A stretch of 54,728 nt of DNA from a virus (taxonomy: Duplodnaviria > Caudoviricetes), in the IMG/VR virus record IMGVR_UViG_3300044822_000131, positions 1 through 54,728 of that record; one strand, 5' to 3'. The notes under the pieces are model-generated. The model saw only the letters and a program-made list of their open reading frames with translations. It had not been told where the DNA came from and did no database searches. Positions 26,222 to 36,195 of this stretch are shown here, one piece after another. Every line of letters starts with the position of its first letter. The stretch's first letter is position 1. The position numbers and the translations under genes were made by a program.

Positions 26222-27861
26222 ACTTGCGCGCAGGGCTGCTCGGCGTCATCCTGGTCGCGGTTATCGCAGGCCGGGGCGCAGCATCTCCGCAGCACCTCGC
26301 CGTCTTTGCCGCAACCGATGCGCGCACGACCGTCACGCCGTCACCGTCGCCGACGATCGGCGGCCAGTCGACGAACACCTACAAGTTCGCCGGCGGCATC
26401 CTCACGATCATCAACCGCTTCTTCTTCCAGCCCGCGTCGCCAGGACCGAGCCCGACGCCGACCCCCACGCCCTCTCCTACCCCAACCCCCACTCCGACCC
26501 CGACTCCCACCCCCACTCCAACTCCGACCCCGACACCTACGCCAACGCCTACACCCACGCCCACTCCAACACCGACGCCGACGCCCACACCTACCCCAAC
26601 GCCGACCCCAACACCGACTCCCACGCCAACGCCGACTCCGACGCCAACGCCTACCCCGACGCCGAGCCCCGGCCCGACGCTCGCGGCCACGCTCTGCATC
26701 GGCGGGCAGACGTACACCCTCGGCGACTTCGATAATTTCCAGGCCGACTCGTCCATCGACGTTGCCGACGCCTGGCCCCCGAGCGGGCACGAATGGAGCA
26801 ACCAGTACAGTTTCGGACGAGTAAATAACGCGGGAGCGGACGCTGCGTACTATCCATCGCTCTCACAGATAGCAACGTGGTCCTCGGAATACGGCTCGCA
26901 CTACGGCCCCGTTCTTCAACTCGACCCCGGTGCCGGCGTGCAGATTAACACCTACCCGGCCAGCCTTGCGAATACGTCGCTCGCCTCGAACTACACGGCC
27001 GGCACTACGACAGTCGTCGTCGCATCAAACAGCGGTATTGCCGTTGGTGATACCGCAAAGATCGGCATGGGGAACGGCACGGGTACTTACATGGGAGACT
27101 ACGGCTCAGGGACGAATTGCGGCACCGGCTCGGGACAGAGTTACGCGAACTGCGTTGTGCCGAAAGTGACGGCGATCTCCGGTACGACGATTACGCTCGA
27201 CCGGACCTTCGCGTTCAACCATTCGAGCGGGACGCACATCACCTTCACCCCCTCAGACGTCGAAACGGCGCTTGAGTCCGGCGGCTCCTACGCCTGGACG
27301 ATCGGCTTCCTCTCGGGGCTGCTGGCGAACAACAACAACGACACGACGGGGTATTGGGTCTACGACTCGGCGCTCGACGCGAATAACACCTCGGGCGATG
27401 AATGGTGGCCGTCGGATTGGCTGCTGAACATGACCGGGTCAACGCCCTACAACGAGTTTGACAACTACGAGAACTACTCGAACAACATCTTCTACGCCAA
27501 CTTTCTCCAGCAGACGCAACAGTGCAATAACGTTAGTGGACACAACGGGGCAGCGTGTCCTAGCCCGAACTACGTTCGCCCGACCGGCATCACCGTCACG
27601 AACTTCCACACTTATGCTACCCTCATCACGAACGGCTACGGCTACGCCGCGATGTTTATCGACGGCACCGCAGAAACGCCGCAGTGGACGATCTACAACC
27701 AGGCTCCGCTCGACCCGATCCTGCAGACCCAGGTGAGCGGGAACTACGTCGCCCCCGACCCCGAAACGTCAACCTCTGCTCATATCGTGAAGTACTACGC
27801 CCACTACACGGCCTCGCCGCTCACGGCGTGCAGCGGCGGTATCGCCACGCCGTCGCCGTGA
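26218..27861 (+). CDS. Signal-peptide-bearing GH16-like glycoside hydrolase with long (PT)n linker
   Basis: Signal peptide; WWPSDWLL...NEFDNYE matches the GH16 WPAxW...ExDxxE motif; NFHTYA; MFIDG. Confidence 0.75.
   Translation: MNLRAGLLGVILVAVIAGRGAASPQHLAVFAATDARTTVTPSPSPTIGGQSTNTYKFAGGILTIINRFFFQPASPGPSPTPTPTPSPTPTPTPTPTPTPTPTPTPTPTPTPTPTPTPTPTPTPTPTPTPTPTPTPTPTPTPTPTPTPTPSPGPTLAATLCIGGQTYTLGDFDNFQADSSIDVADAWPPSGHEWSNQYSFGRVNNAGADAAYYPSLSQIATWSSEYGSHYGPVLQLDPGAGVQINTYPASLANTSLASNYTAGTTTVVVASNSGIAVGDTAKIGMGNGTGTYMGDYGSGTNCGTGSGQSYANCVVPKVTAISGTTITLDRTFAFNHSSGTHITFTPSDVETALESGGSYAWTIGFLSGLLANNNNDTTGYWVYDSALDANNTSGDEWWPSDWLLNMTGSTPYNEFDNYENYSNNIFYANFLQQTQQCNNVSGHNGAACPSPNYVRPTGITVTNFHTYATLITNGYGYAAMFIDGTAETPQWTIYNQAPLDPILQTQVSGNYVAPDPETSTSAHIVKYYAHYTASPLTACSGGIATPSP
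26446..26670 (+). repeat. Pro-Thr dipeptide repeat, about 75 codons
   Basis: CCN-ACN hexamers with mixed synonymous third positions. Confidence 0.95.
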
Positions 27862-28043
27862 AGCGCCCGTTCGGCGCGCTCGTCCTCCTGCTGAGGACGA
27901 CGGAGTTCGCCTCGGAAACGACGCTGGGCGACATTGGCAAACTGCTCGGAGAGCCCGCGGAGCGGGTCGCCGATGCACTGGTCGCGATTCGGATGCTCGA
28001 AGGCCAGCCGACCTACCTCGACCTCAACGGTAACGTCCGATGA
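27858..28043 (+). CDS. Small hypothetical protein (possible HTH)
   Basis: GTGA-coupled; [20 protein letters not shown]. Confidence 0.5.
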   Translation: MKRPFGALVLLLRTTEFASETTLGDIGKLLGEPAERVADALVAIRMLEGQPTYLDLNGNVR

Positions 28044-28321
28044 CCGCAGGCGACCTTCAGGGGCTCTTGACCGCAGCCGGGATCTTCCTCACCGGGGCTG
28101 CGGCCTTCGTGTCGGCCGCACGCAACGCCGTCACGTTAAAGCGCGTGGAGCGTAATACGAATGGCATCAACGTCGACTTCGAGGCCCGCGTCAAAGCGGC
28201 GATCGACGAGCTTGCCGCCGAGAAGATACGCACCGCCGTGCTCGAAGCGACCAAGGAGGCCCAGCAAAGCCGCATCAACCGGCTCGAAGCCGAGCACCCG
28301 CACTCCACGGAGGGGCAGTAA
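28040..28321 (+). CDS. Protein with N-terminal TM and coiled coil (possible lysis accessory)
   Basis: LLTAAGIFLTGAAAFVSA followed by heptads. Confidence 0.6.
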   Translation: MTAGDLQGLLTAAGIFLTGAAAFVSAARNAVTLKRVERNTNGINVDFEARVKAAIDELAAEKIRTAVLEATKEAQQSRINRLEAEHPHSTEGQ

Positions 28322-28445
28322 ACTGTGCGAATGGACGCCGACGCCGTGACCGAGCCGTGGGAACATCCTAGCGGTGGATACCAAGCCGCCGGACGACCTC
28401 TCCTCGCGACGCTGCAGGCGCAACGCCCCCCGTCATGGTGCTAGT

Positions 28446-28778
28446 ATGGCCTTCTGGGGCAGTACTGCAGAGGATAGTGGCAACCTCGGCCGGCGGCTGG
28501 ACACGGCGCTCCTAGCGGTTGCGACGCGCGCGGACCTCGAGCGGCTTGAAGCCAAGATGGTCCTACGGGAAACGCTGGAGGAGCGCCTCAAAGTCGAGAA
28601 GCACGATCGCGAATCCCTCGACGGCAAGATCGCCGCGCTCACGGCCGACCTCGAAAAACTCGCCGACAAGTTGGAGGGCCTCCCCAAGACGATCATCGGC
28701 TGGCTGTCGGGGGTGATGGTCATCCTGGCCGCGGTGGTGACGGTGACGCTGCACCTATCGGTCGGGGTTCACCCCTAG
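28446..28778 (+). CDS. Coiled-coil protein with C-terminal TM
   Basis: ATRADLERLEAK heptads; IIGWLSGVMVILAAVVTV. Confidence 0.6.
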   Translation: MAFWGSTAEDSGNLGRRLDTALLAVATRADLERLEAKMVLRETLEERLKVEKHDRESLDGKIAALTADLEKLADKLEGLPKTIIGWLSGVMVILAAVVTVTLHLSVGVHP

Positions 28779-28844
28779 CGACGGGTACGGCATCGGCCCC
28801 CCTGGAACATCTCACCTTTCCGGCGTCCTTGAAGTGAGGCGACT

Positions 28845-29012
28845 ATGAACGGCATCGGTCTGTGGTACTGGCTTTTCCTCGTGTTCGGGGTCATTCTGCA
28901 GGGCGGGCTCGGCTACCAGGGCCGCGCGGCGAACCAGTGGTGGTGGGGGCCGTCGCTCTTGCAAACGATCCTGTTCGTATTGATCGGCTTGAAGTTGTTC
29001 GGTCTACCGTAA
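28845..29012 (+). CDS. Small 2-TM membrane protein (55 aa)
   Basis: GAGG RBS; MNGIGLWYWLFLVFGVILQ...ILFVLIGLKLFGLP. Confidence 0.65.
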   Translation: MNGIGLWYWLFLVFGVILQGGLGYQGRAANQWWWGPSLLQTILFVLIGLKLFGLP

Positions 29013-29019
29013 GTCGTAG

Positions 29020-31032
29020 ATGCCTCGGAAGCTATTCGCGACCCAAACACAGAACCCGAAGGTCCCTCTCTCACGGCCGATCCCGAAGATTGACGACACC
29101 GAGCGGGCCGCGATCGGCAACGTCCTCACGAACCTCATTCAAATCAACCTCGGCAACCGCTCTCGACTCGACCAAAACCTCGACATTTGGAACGCGATCC
29201 TCGAGATGCGCGGCAAGCCGCTCAACATCCCGTGGGAGGGCGCGTCGCACATCGTCGGGCCGACCGTCTACACGGCCTACTACGAGTTTTGCTCGCGCAC
29301 GATCGGTTCGTGCTTGCAGCCGCGCCCCTACACGCTGCGCGGCACGGACCCGATCAGCGCGCAGTACGCGCACACCGTCGAGCAGTTTTACAACTCGGAA
29401 TGGGACAACTGCGATAGCTTCGACGCACACGAGCTCTGCATCCGCTACGGCGCACGCGACGGAGTCGCCATCATGGAAGTGCTCTACGACCTCTCGACGC
29501 ACGAAGAAATGTTCGACGTCGAGGAGGGCGTCTTCGACGACAACGCGCAGGCGGTGCTCGGGCCGGACGGCAACCCGCTCACCAAAACGACGCAGAAGGT
29601 CGTCAAGTTCGTCGACTACGACGCACCCCGCGAAGAAGCGGTCGACCTCAAGAGCTTCCTGTTGCTCCCCAACTTCGCGCGCACGATCAACAGCGCTCCC
29701 GGCGTCGCGCGCAAGGTATGGCTGACCGAGCAGGACATGCAGGCCAAGGTCAAGGCCGGCTATTGGGACCAGGACACGGTCGACGCGATTATTCAGTACT
29801 GTAGCGAGGGCGAGGGGGAGCAGGCGCGCGACCCGCAGGGCAACTCCCAATACACCATCTCCGGCATGATTAGCGTGGTGGACACCGCCATCTCCGGCGC
29901 GACCGACATTCCGATCGCGCGCGGGCCCTACGAGTTTTGGCGCATCCACACCAACCTGTTCGACCTCAACAAAGACGGCTTGTTCGAGGAGAACATCTTT
30001 TGGCTGCACGATTCGAGCCGCAAGAACCCCGGCGTCGTACCCTACGACTACTTCGGTGGCCGGCCGTTCTTTGACTTGGCTATGATCCCGCGGCCGGGCG
30101 TCTTCTACGGTTTCAGCATCCCGGAAATAGGCCGCGCGCAACAAGAGGAAAACGACACCCAAACCAACTCGCGGCTCAACCTGCTCGACCTCTCAACGCG
30201 GCCGAACCGCTACCGCACGCAAGGCGTGCGCTACCGCAACGACAACGGCACCTCGGATAAGTGGGACCTCGACGTCGAGATCGAAGTCACCAAGCCCGAC
30301 GACTTCGGGTTTGTGAAGCCGCCGCAGATCCCGCCCGAGTCGATGATCGAACAGGAGAAGATCACCGCCATTCTCGACCGCGCGCTCGGCTCGCCGCAAG
30401 CGCCGGCCGCAGCCCCGCCGGTCGGTGGTGTCCAGCAGCGCTCGGCGCGCGCCGCCGCCTTCCAAGCGCAGTTGATCGCGATGAACCTCAACCTGGTCAA
30501 CGAGCGCGTGCGGCGTTGGATGCTGAAAATCTACCGCTTCAAGGCCGGGCTCTACCAGCGCTACGGCCCCGACCAACTCGAAACGTCGTCGGAGGCCGCG
30601 ACCGGCCCCGCGCGCATGGTCGTGCCCAAAGAGATTCTCGCGCTCGACTACAAGTACGGCATCTCAGGGCTCGGTGGTGCGCTCGACAAAGAGCAGCGCC
30701 GCCAAGACGTTCTGATGCTCACGCAGGGGTTGCTCGACACCCCGCTCCAAGCGCTGTTCGTCGGCAACTTGCCGCGGCTGTGGAACCTCGCGCGGCTCCT
30801 GGTCGAGACCTACGACGTCCCCGACATCACGACGTACATCGGCACGCTCGACGAGGCGCAGCAGCTCCAGGTCGCCCAGCAGAAGGCCGCGGCCGATCAG
30901 GCCCAGCTCGACGCGATGATGCAGATCCTCTCGCACGGCGCGACCCCCGCCGGCGGGCCGTCGAAGCCTGCCGCGCCGCCGCAGCCCGCGCCGCAGCCGG
31001 CGCTCCAAGCGCTGCAGGGCGGTAGGCGCTGA
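29020..31032 (+). CDS. Portal protein (P22-like)
   Basis: 670 aa before scaffold/capsid; IPWEGASHI, RPFF..MIPRPGVFYGFSI, Gln-rich helical C-terminus. Confidence 0.85.
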   Translation: MPRKLFATQTQNPKVPLSRPIPKIDDTERAAIGNVLTNLIQINLGNRSRLDQNLDIWNAILEMRGKPLNIPWEGASHIVGPTVYTAYYEFCSRTIGSCLQPRPYTLRGTDPISAQYAHTVEQFYNSEWDNCDSFDAHELCIRYGARDGVAIMEVLYDLSTHEEMFDVEEGVFDDNAQAVLGPDGNPLTKTTQKVVKFVDYDAPREEAVDLKSFLLLPNFARTINSAPGVARKVWLTEQDMQAKVKAGYWDQDTVDAIIQYCSEGEGEQARDPQGNSQYTISGMISVVDTAISGATDIPIARGPYEFWRIHTNLFDLNKDGLFEENIFWLHDSSRKNPGVVPYDYFGGRPFFDLAMIPRPGVFYGFSIPEIGRAQQEENDTQTNSRLNLLDLSTRPNRYRTQGVRYRNDNGTSDKWDLDVEIEVTKPDDFGFVKPPQIPPESMIEQEKITAILDRALGSPQAPAAAPPVGGVQQRSARAAAFQAQLIAMNLNLVNERVRRWMLKIYRFKAGLYQRYGPDQLETSSEAATGPARMVVPKEILALDYKYGISGLGGALDKEQRRQDVLMLTQGLLDTPLQALFVGNLPRLWNLARLLVETYDVPDITTYIGTLDEAQQLQVAQQKAAADQAQLDAMMQILSHGATPAGGPSKPAAPPQPAPQPALQALQGGRR

Positions 31033-31286
31033 GTCGCGAGCGGGAGCTCCTTGCCGAAGCGCTCGACACGCGCGCGTGGTCGATCGTCGAGCAGGAGTTG
31101 GTCCGGCAGATTCGCTCCGTGACCACCCCGCTACTTGAAAATGCCGACTTGACGGAGGGTGAGCGCCGCGGCTACGTCTACACCCGCCAGGCCCTCAAAA
31201 GAGGACTGATGGCCGTTTATGAGAAGGCCGGGCGGTCAATGCCTCGCGACCTGCAGAATGAATTGGAAGGATACAAGGGCGAATGA
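31029..31286 (+). CDS. Small portal-adjacent helical protein (apparent CTG start)
   Basis: CTGA overlap with the portal stop gives MSRERELLAEALDTRAWSIVEQELV..., in frame with the tracked 31098 ORF. Confidence 0.6.
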   Translation: MSRERELLAEALDTRAWSIVEQELVRQIRSVTTPLLENADLTEGERRGYVYTRQALKRGLMAVYEKAGRSMPRDLQNELEGYKGE

Positions 31287-32116
31287 ACGGAGCTGACCTA
31301 GACCTCGACGGCGGTCCCGACCCGCTCGACCTCGACACACTGCTCAACGAAGAAGAAAAGTCTCAGCTCGAGCTCGAGCAACAGGACGCTGCCAAGAAGA
31401 ACGGCAAGGCCGGCGACTTCCCGGCCGACGACGCGCTCAAGCGCGCAAACGAGCTCCTGGCGAAGCAAGTCGCCGAGTCCTCGAAGCGCATCGCGGAGCT
31501 TGAGGAGAGCCGCTCCAAGTTCGACCAAACGACGCGTGACTACACCCCGCCCCCCACACCCGCCCCGCAGCCCCCGCCGCAGGTCGACCGCGGCAAGGTC
31601 AAAGAGGAGCTCGACAAACTGTGGACCGAGGCGGGTCCCGGTGAATGGGGCATCCGGCTGTTCGAGGCCGCGCGGCAAGCCGCGATCAGCGAGATGGAAA
31701 CGCGGCTCGGCCCGGTTGCGAGCGGTGCGGCCGGCACCGACATCCAGCAGTACATCGCCACTAGGTCCGACGCCGGGCCCGAGGCCATCGCCGAGTTTCA
31801 GGCGATGGTGCGCGATCCGAACACGATCAAGGCGCTGGCAAGCCAAGCCCCCGAGGTCCGCCGCAACTCGCTCGACTTCATGTTCGACGCCGCGGTCGGC
31901 CGCGCGTCCCGCAAAGCGCCGCCGAAGCAGAACAACCGCGACCGCCAGCCACCCCAAATCGCCGGAGGACAGACAATCTCAATGGGCACCGAGACCCCCA
32001 ACTCCTACAAGGGCAAGGCGCTCAACGAGGTCCAGAAAGAGATCGTGCGCTCCGCTCGCGAGGCCGGAATCACCGACCCCAAACGCATCCGCGCGATGAT
32101 TGAGGACGCAGAATGA
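31283..32116 (+). CDS. Capsid scaffolding protein
   Basis: Acidic N-terminus, coiled coil, position between portal and capsid. Confidence 0.65.
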   Translation: MNGADLDLDGGPDPLDLDTLLNEEEKSQLELEQQDAAKKNGKAGDFPADDALKRANELLAKQVAESSKRIAELEESRSKFDQTTRDYTPPPTPAPQPPPQVDRGKVKEELDKLWTEAGPGEWGIRLFEAARQAAISEMETRLGPVASGAAGTDIQQYIATRSDAGPEAIAEFQAMVRDPNTIKALASQAPEVRRNSLDFMFDAAVGRASRKAPPKQNNRDRQPPQIAGGQTISMGTETPNSYKGKALNEVQKEIVRSAREAGITDPKRIRAMIEDAE

Positions 32117-32760
32117 ACAACGTCGACGACGAGGAGCTTGAGGCCGGGCTCATCCCGAAGCCGCCGACGCGCACGCTCGGTGAGGACTACAGCATCCAGG
32201 GAGCGCGCAGCGCCGGCTCAATGGAGGCCCAGCACCGCGCGGCGCTCGAAGCGGCCAAGAACAGTGGCCGGGCGCTCATCCCGCTCCCGAACGGTGAGAT
32301 GGGATTCCTCGACGAGCACGACGAGTTTCTCGGCGATCACGCCTACATGGCCGGCGTCCACCGCTCCCTGTTCACCGACGCCGCCAAGCTCTTGAAGGAC
32401 CCGCAGCCGGGGTGGATCTACGTGTGGGCTGCCAAGTACGCGCCCAAGGGTGAGAAGGCGAACGCGATGACGCTCGCCATGATCCGCTCAGGCCGCTACT
32501 TCCCGGTCTCCATCGACGAGATCGACGACACGACCGACCTGCCGATCGAAAGTCACACGATCGGCAAGTACAACTGCGCCGGGATCGTCGACGTCCTGCT
32601 GATGGCGGTTCCTCCCCAAGCGCAGAAAATGATGTACCGGTGGCGGGCGTTCGAGGCCAAGCGCCGCACCAACCGCTACGCCGGCTTCACCGACTTCCAG
32701 AAGAAGGTCGACGAGGCCACGAAGGGCCTGGCCTACGCGGAGCACGAAGTAAAGGGCTAG
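32113..32760 (+). CDS. Hypothetical head-module protein
   Basis: PQPGWIYVW...GRYFPV...DVLLMAVP; position after the scaffold. Confidence 0.6.
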   Translation: MNNVDDEELEAGLIPKPPTRTLGEDYSIQGARSAGSMEAQHRAALEAAKNSGRALIPLPNGEMGFLDEHDEFLGDHAYMAGVHRSLFTDAAKLLKDPQPGWIYVWAAKYAPKGEKANAMTLAMIRSGRYFPVSIDEIDDTTDLPIESHTIGKYNCAGIVDVLLMAVPPQAQKMMYRWRAFEAKRRTNRYAGFTDFQKKVDEATKGLAYAEHEVKG

Positions 32761-32785
32761 GCACGCCGGGTTCACAGCCAAAGGA

Positions 32786-32821
32786 GCGCGGGAGAGTGAG
32801 CCCCTCCCGCGTTTTCCTTTT
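32786..32821 (+). terminator. Intrinsic terminator
   Basis: cgcgggag/ctcccgcg stem followed by ttttcctttt. Confidence 0.75.
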
Positions 32822-32896
32822 GCCTCAACTCCTCTCGAATGTCACTAACCCTCGTGGTAGCCTGGGTCAATGGCATCGAAGTCGTTGAGGTAGCGC

Positions 32897-33514
32897 ATGG
32901 CCGGCCTCGTCATTCCACCGCAGATACCGATCGTCGAGGTGCAGCCGGGGAACGTATCTCCGAACACCCCGAGCTACACCGCCGACTCCCACTGTAACGA
33001 GGGCGACATCGTCACCCTCGGGGGCGTCACCGCCGGCCAAATCGACCCCGCCGTTAACAACGACGGGTCGAACCTGTTGCTCGGCATCGTCCAAATGGAC
33101 TCGCTCGCGGTCTACACGCAGCTCGACGCCGGCTACCAGGGGGTGTTCGGTGCGACCAACGTCAACACGGGCCTGCTCCCCGCGGCTCCCGGTCAGACGA
33201 TGGTGGCGCTGTTCTTGGGCAACCCGGTTGCGATCAATCTCACCTCAACGACCGGCTGGGTGACGGGCGGTACGCAACAGGCGAACATCGGCACCCAGGT
33301 GGGTCTCGCGCTCGTCGGCGGCATCTACCTCGCCGACCCGACCGCCTCGAACAAAGTCGCCTACATCGTCCAGAAGTACATCGGCGCGACCACCCAAATC
33401 GTCAACTCGGCGAGCGCCCAGCCCTACGGACCCGGCGGCGTCGGCGACCTGGGAGCGAGGGTTTACATCAAGTTCCTCACATCGGCGCTCGCGCCAGGCG
33501 GGGGAGGCATCTAA
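32897..33514 (+). CDS. Probable capsid decoration/cement protein
   Basis: Beta-rich, EGDIVTL motif, immediately upstream of the capsid gene. Confidence 0.6.
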   Translation: MAGLVIPPQIPIVEVQPGNVSPNTPSYTADSHCNEGDIVTLGGVTAGQIDPAVNNDGSNLLLGIVQMDSLAVYTQLDAGYQGVFGATNVNTGLLPAAPGQTMVALFLGNPVAINLTSTTGWVTGGTQQANIGTQVGLALVGGIYLADPTASNKVAYIVQKYIGATTQIVNSASAQPYGPGGVGDLGARVYIKFLTSALAPGGGGI

Positions 33515-33517
33515 CCC

Positions 33518-34465
33518 GTGGCGACCGTCATCAATACCGGTACCTACTTCCGCGCTCAAACGCGCATCGTCAAGGACATCTACAGCAACTCGGTGCCGAC
33601 GAAGCCGCGCCGCTTCCCCGAGTTCTTCAACGAGTTCGACATCGACATGGACCGCTCGTTTTGGCAAGCGCTCTCCATCGTCGGATTCGGCACGCTGGCG
33701 CTGAAGACGCAGGGTCAAGTCGCCACCCTGGACTCCTCGAAAGAGGGGTTCATGACGATGTACCCGTTCTTCACCTACGCCCTGCGCTACATCGTCACCA
33801 AAGAAATGGTGCGCGAGGACGCAAAGAAGATCATCCCGCAGCTCCCCGGCCTGCTGCGCTACTCCAAAGATCAGACGATCGAGTTCCTCGTCTGGAACGT
33901 CCTCAACCTCGGGTTCCTCAACACGGCCGGCGGCGGCTACCAACTCGCGGACGGCCAACCGTTGTTCTCGACGGTCCACCCCTGCGCGGGCCAGGCGGGC
34001 CTCACCTACACCAACGACGTCGGCGCTGCCGCCTTCACGGTCGAGGTGCTCAACCAGGTCTACACGATCATGGGCAACATGCCCGACGACCGTGGACTCA
34101 CGACCTCACGCATGCCCGAGGACCTGTGGTACTGCATCGGGATGCACCAACAGGTCGTCGAGGTGCTGGGTTCGTTCTACTACCCCGACTCGAACGAGAA
34201 CCGCGTCAACTCGGTGGTGGGATCGCTCACCCCGCACGCGGTCGAGTATCTCGTGTCCGCGCCGCAGGGGCCGTTCCCGTGGTTCGTCGGCTCCGGTAAG
34301 GGCAAGCTCGGCACCGACTCGCACACCGCCTTCACGAACATCAAGTGGGATGAGCAGCGCTCTTACTACGAGGAACAGACCCAATCCATGTACCACGAGG
34401 TCGAGGTCCGGTTGCAGTGGGGCGCGGTCGAAGGCAGAGGGCTCGTCGGCTCGCAGGGAGCTTAG
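33518..34465 (+). CDS. Major capsid protein
   Basis: GFGTLALKTQG, YALRYIVTKEMVRED, ADGQPLFSTVHP, DDRG, C-terminal RGLVGSQGA. Confidence 0.88.
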   Translation: MATVINTGTYFRAQTRIVKDIYSNSVPTKPRRFPEFFNEFDIDMDRSFWQALSIVGFGTLALKTQGQVATLDSSKEGFMTMYPFFTYALRYIVTKEMVREDAKKIIPQLPGLLRYSKDQTIEFLVWNVLNLGFLNTAGGGYQLADGQPLFSTVHPCAGQAGLTYTNDVGAAAFTVEVLNQVYTIMGNMPDDRGLTTSRMPEDLWYCIGMHQQVVEVLGSFYYPDSNENRVNSVVGSLTPHAVEYLVSAPQGPFPWFVGSGKGKLGTDSHTAFTNIKWDEQRSYYEEQTQSMYHEVEVRLQWGAVEGRGLVGSQGA

Positions 34466-34468
34466 TCT

Positions 34469-34948
34469 GTGGCAATCCGGGGCAAGAACCGTTCGCCGCT
34501 CTCGGTCACGTTCAACGGCATCTACACCGAGAAGTTCGCGACGGCGTCCATCGCGCAGAACGAAGTTATCGCGACTATCGTCGACTATATCGCGCTCACC
34601 ACGCAGTGTAAGATCGTGCGCTGCATGGCGGTCGCTTCGGCCTACGCCGGCGCACCGACGCTGCAAATCGTGGTCGGCGTCGGCGCGGTGCCGGGCTCTC
34701 CCGGCTCAACCGACACCGTAGCGGTGGCCGGCACCACGCTGTTTGCCGCGCCGGTTGCGCTGACGGGCCTCTCGAGCGCGTCGGGCCAAATCATTCCGCC
34801 CGCCAATTACGACGTCATCTACCCGGCCGGCACGGTGCTGTCGATGCGCGCGGTCTCGGGTGCGGGCGTGACCGCCACGGGGCTGAAGGTGTCGCTCAAC
34901 CTCGTCCCGTTCGATCAGTACCCGCAATCAGCCTGGCCGACGTTCTAA
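34469..34948 (+). CDS. Probable virion structural protein
   Basis: Beta-rich, follows the capsid gene. Confidence 0.6.
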   Translation: MAIRGKNRSPLSVTFNGIYTEKFATASIAQNEVIATIVDYIALTTQCKIVRCMAVASAYAGAPTLQIVVGVGAVPGSPGSTDTVAVAGTTLFAAPVALTGLSSASGQIIPPANYDVIYPAGTVLSMRAVSGAGVTATGLKVSLNLVPFDQYPQSAWPTF

Positions 34949-34960
34949 GGGCGAGCCGCC

Positions 34961-35401
34961 GTGGGTAGCGCGATCACGACGGTTGGCAATAAGGGCGGCA
35001 AACCGCTCTTTTTGTTCACGGCCGCAAATCAGGACTCGTTGTGCATCTTCTCGACCGCTCCGAACGCCGTATACCCCCCGGTAACGGGCAACAGCGTGGC
35101 GGTCGGCGACCTGCCGATGGGCTACAAGTCGCTCATCTTCCAACTCACCGGCACCAACACCGCCGGCTCCGTGCTCGTCTACGGCACGATCGACCTCGCG
35201 ACGGCGCGCGGGCTCGGTACGGAATGGACGCCGGTCCCAAGCCCGTCGACCGAAGCCGCCTACGGGTGGTCGAACCCGCTCACGAAGGCAGCGCCCGGCC
35301 AGGCAGCGCTCAAGGTTGACGCGCCGTTCATAGCGTACCGGGCGGTAGCAAGCGGCGACTTCGTCGGCAGCGCAACGCTCCTCGTATTGGCGGCACCATG
35401 A
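34961..35401 (+). CDS. Probable virion structural protein
   Basis: Beta-sandwich-like composition in the head operon. Confidence 0.6.
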   Translation: MGSAITTVGNKGGKPLFLFTAANQDSLCIFSTAPNAVYPPVTGNSVAVGDLPMGYKSLIFQLTGTNTAGSVLVYGTIDLATARGLGTEWTPVPSPSTEAAYGWSNPLTKAAPGQAALKVDAPFIAYRAVASGDFVGSATLLVLAAP

Positions 35402-36195
35402 GTCAGAACCCGAACGACCCGAAGATCAAAGCCTACTACACGAACCAACGTAAGCAGGCCGAGACCAAGGCGCTGGGGGGCGATGCGGCCGCGCAGGCCG
35501 AGGTCGGCAAGATCGGCGCGAAGCTCGCCAAGGGCGGCAACAAGAGCGTCGCCAACCGAGACAAGCTCATCGCGAGCGGCGGCAAGAACGACCAGGCCGT
35601 CGCGGCCAACGTCGAAGACGATCCGGTCTCTTACATCGGCCCCGACGCCGTGATCGGTGGCGCACGGCTGGGCATGGCAGGCGCGAAGATGGCGGGCAAG
35701 CTCGCCGGGAAGTTCCTCGGCCGCAAAGCCGCCGACGCCGCGGGCGAGGCCGGCACGAAGCTCGCCACCCGCCGCGGATTCCCCGAGGATACGTCCTCGA
35801 GCCGCCCCCCGTCGACGCAGTTCGCCAACAAGAACCGCGGCCGTGGTCCCAAAGTTACCGCCACGATCGACCGCTCGCAGAAGGCGCTCAACCCCGGCCG
35901 TCGCGCGCTCTCGGGCGGAAAGGAAAAGAGCGGTCCCGGCGTGCCGGTCGGCAAAGTCACCCCGACGACGCGCGGCGCGTCGGCAGCGCGCAGCACGGGC
36001 CCGAAGGCGCTCGCCGGTGGTAAGGCCGCGACGAAGGCGGAGAAGGCCCCGCGGGTCAACCCGCGCTCGGGCGGGACTAACCCGCGGGCGGTCGGCAAGA
36101 ACCCGCGCGCCAACGCCAAGAAGGCCGAGCCGAAGCAGACGGAGATGAAGCTCACCGCTAAAGGGCCGAAAAAGACCGCTAAGAAGGCCGAATGA
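35398..36195 (+). CDS. Highly basic Lys/Ala/Gly-rich protein
   Basis: ATGA-coupled; histone-H1-like basic tail. Confidence 0.65.
   Translation: MSQNPNDPKIKAYYTNQRKQAETKALGGDAAAQAEVGKIGAKLAKGGNKSVANRDKLIASGGKNDQAVAANVEDDPVSYIGPDAVIGGARLGMAGAKMAGKLAGKFLGRKAADAAGEAGTKLATRRGFPEDTSSSRPPSTQFANKNRGRGPKVTATIDRSQKALNPGRRALSGGKEKSGPGVPVGKVTPTTRGASAARSTGPKALAGGKAATKAEKAPRVNPRSGGTNPRAVGKNPRANAKKAEPKQTEMKLTAKGPKKTAKKAE

Noticed and set aside
26379-26801. (GV)n protein on the minus strand
   Set aside because: It is simply the antisense of the Pro-Thr linker.
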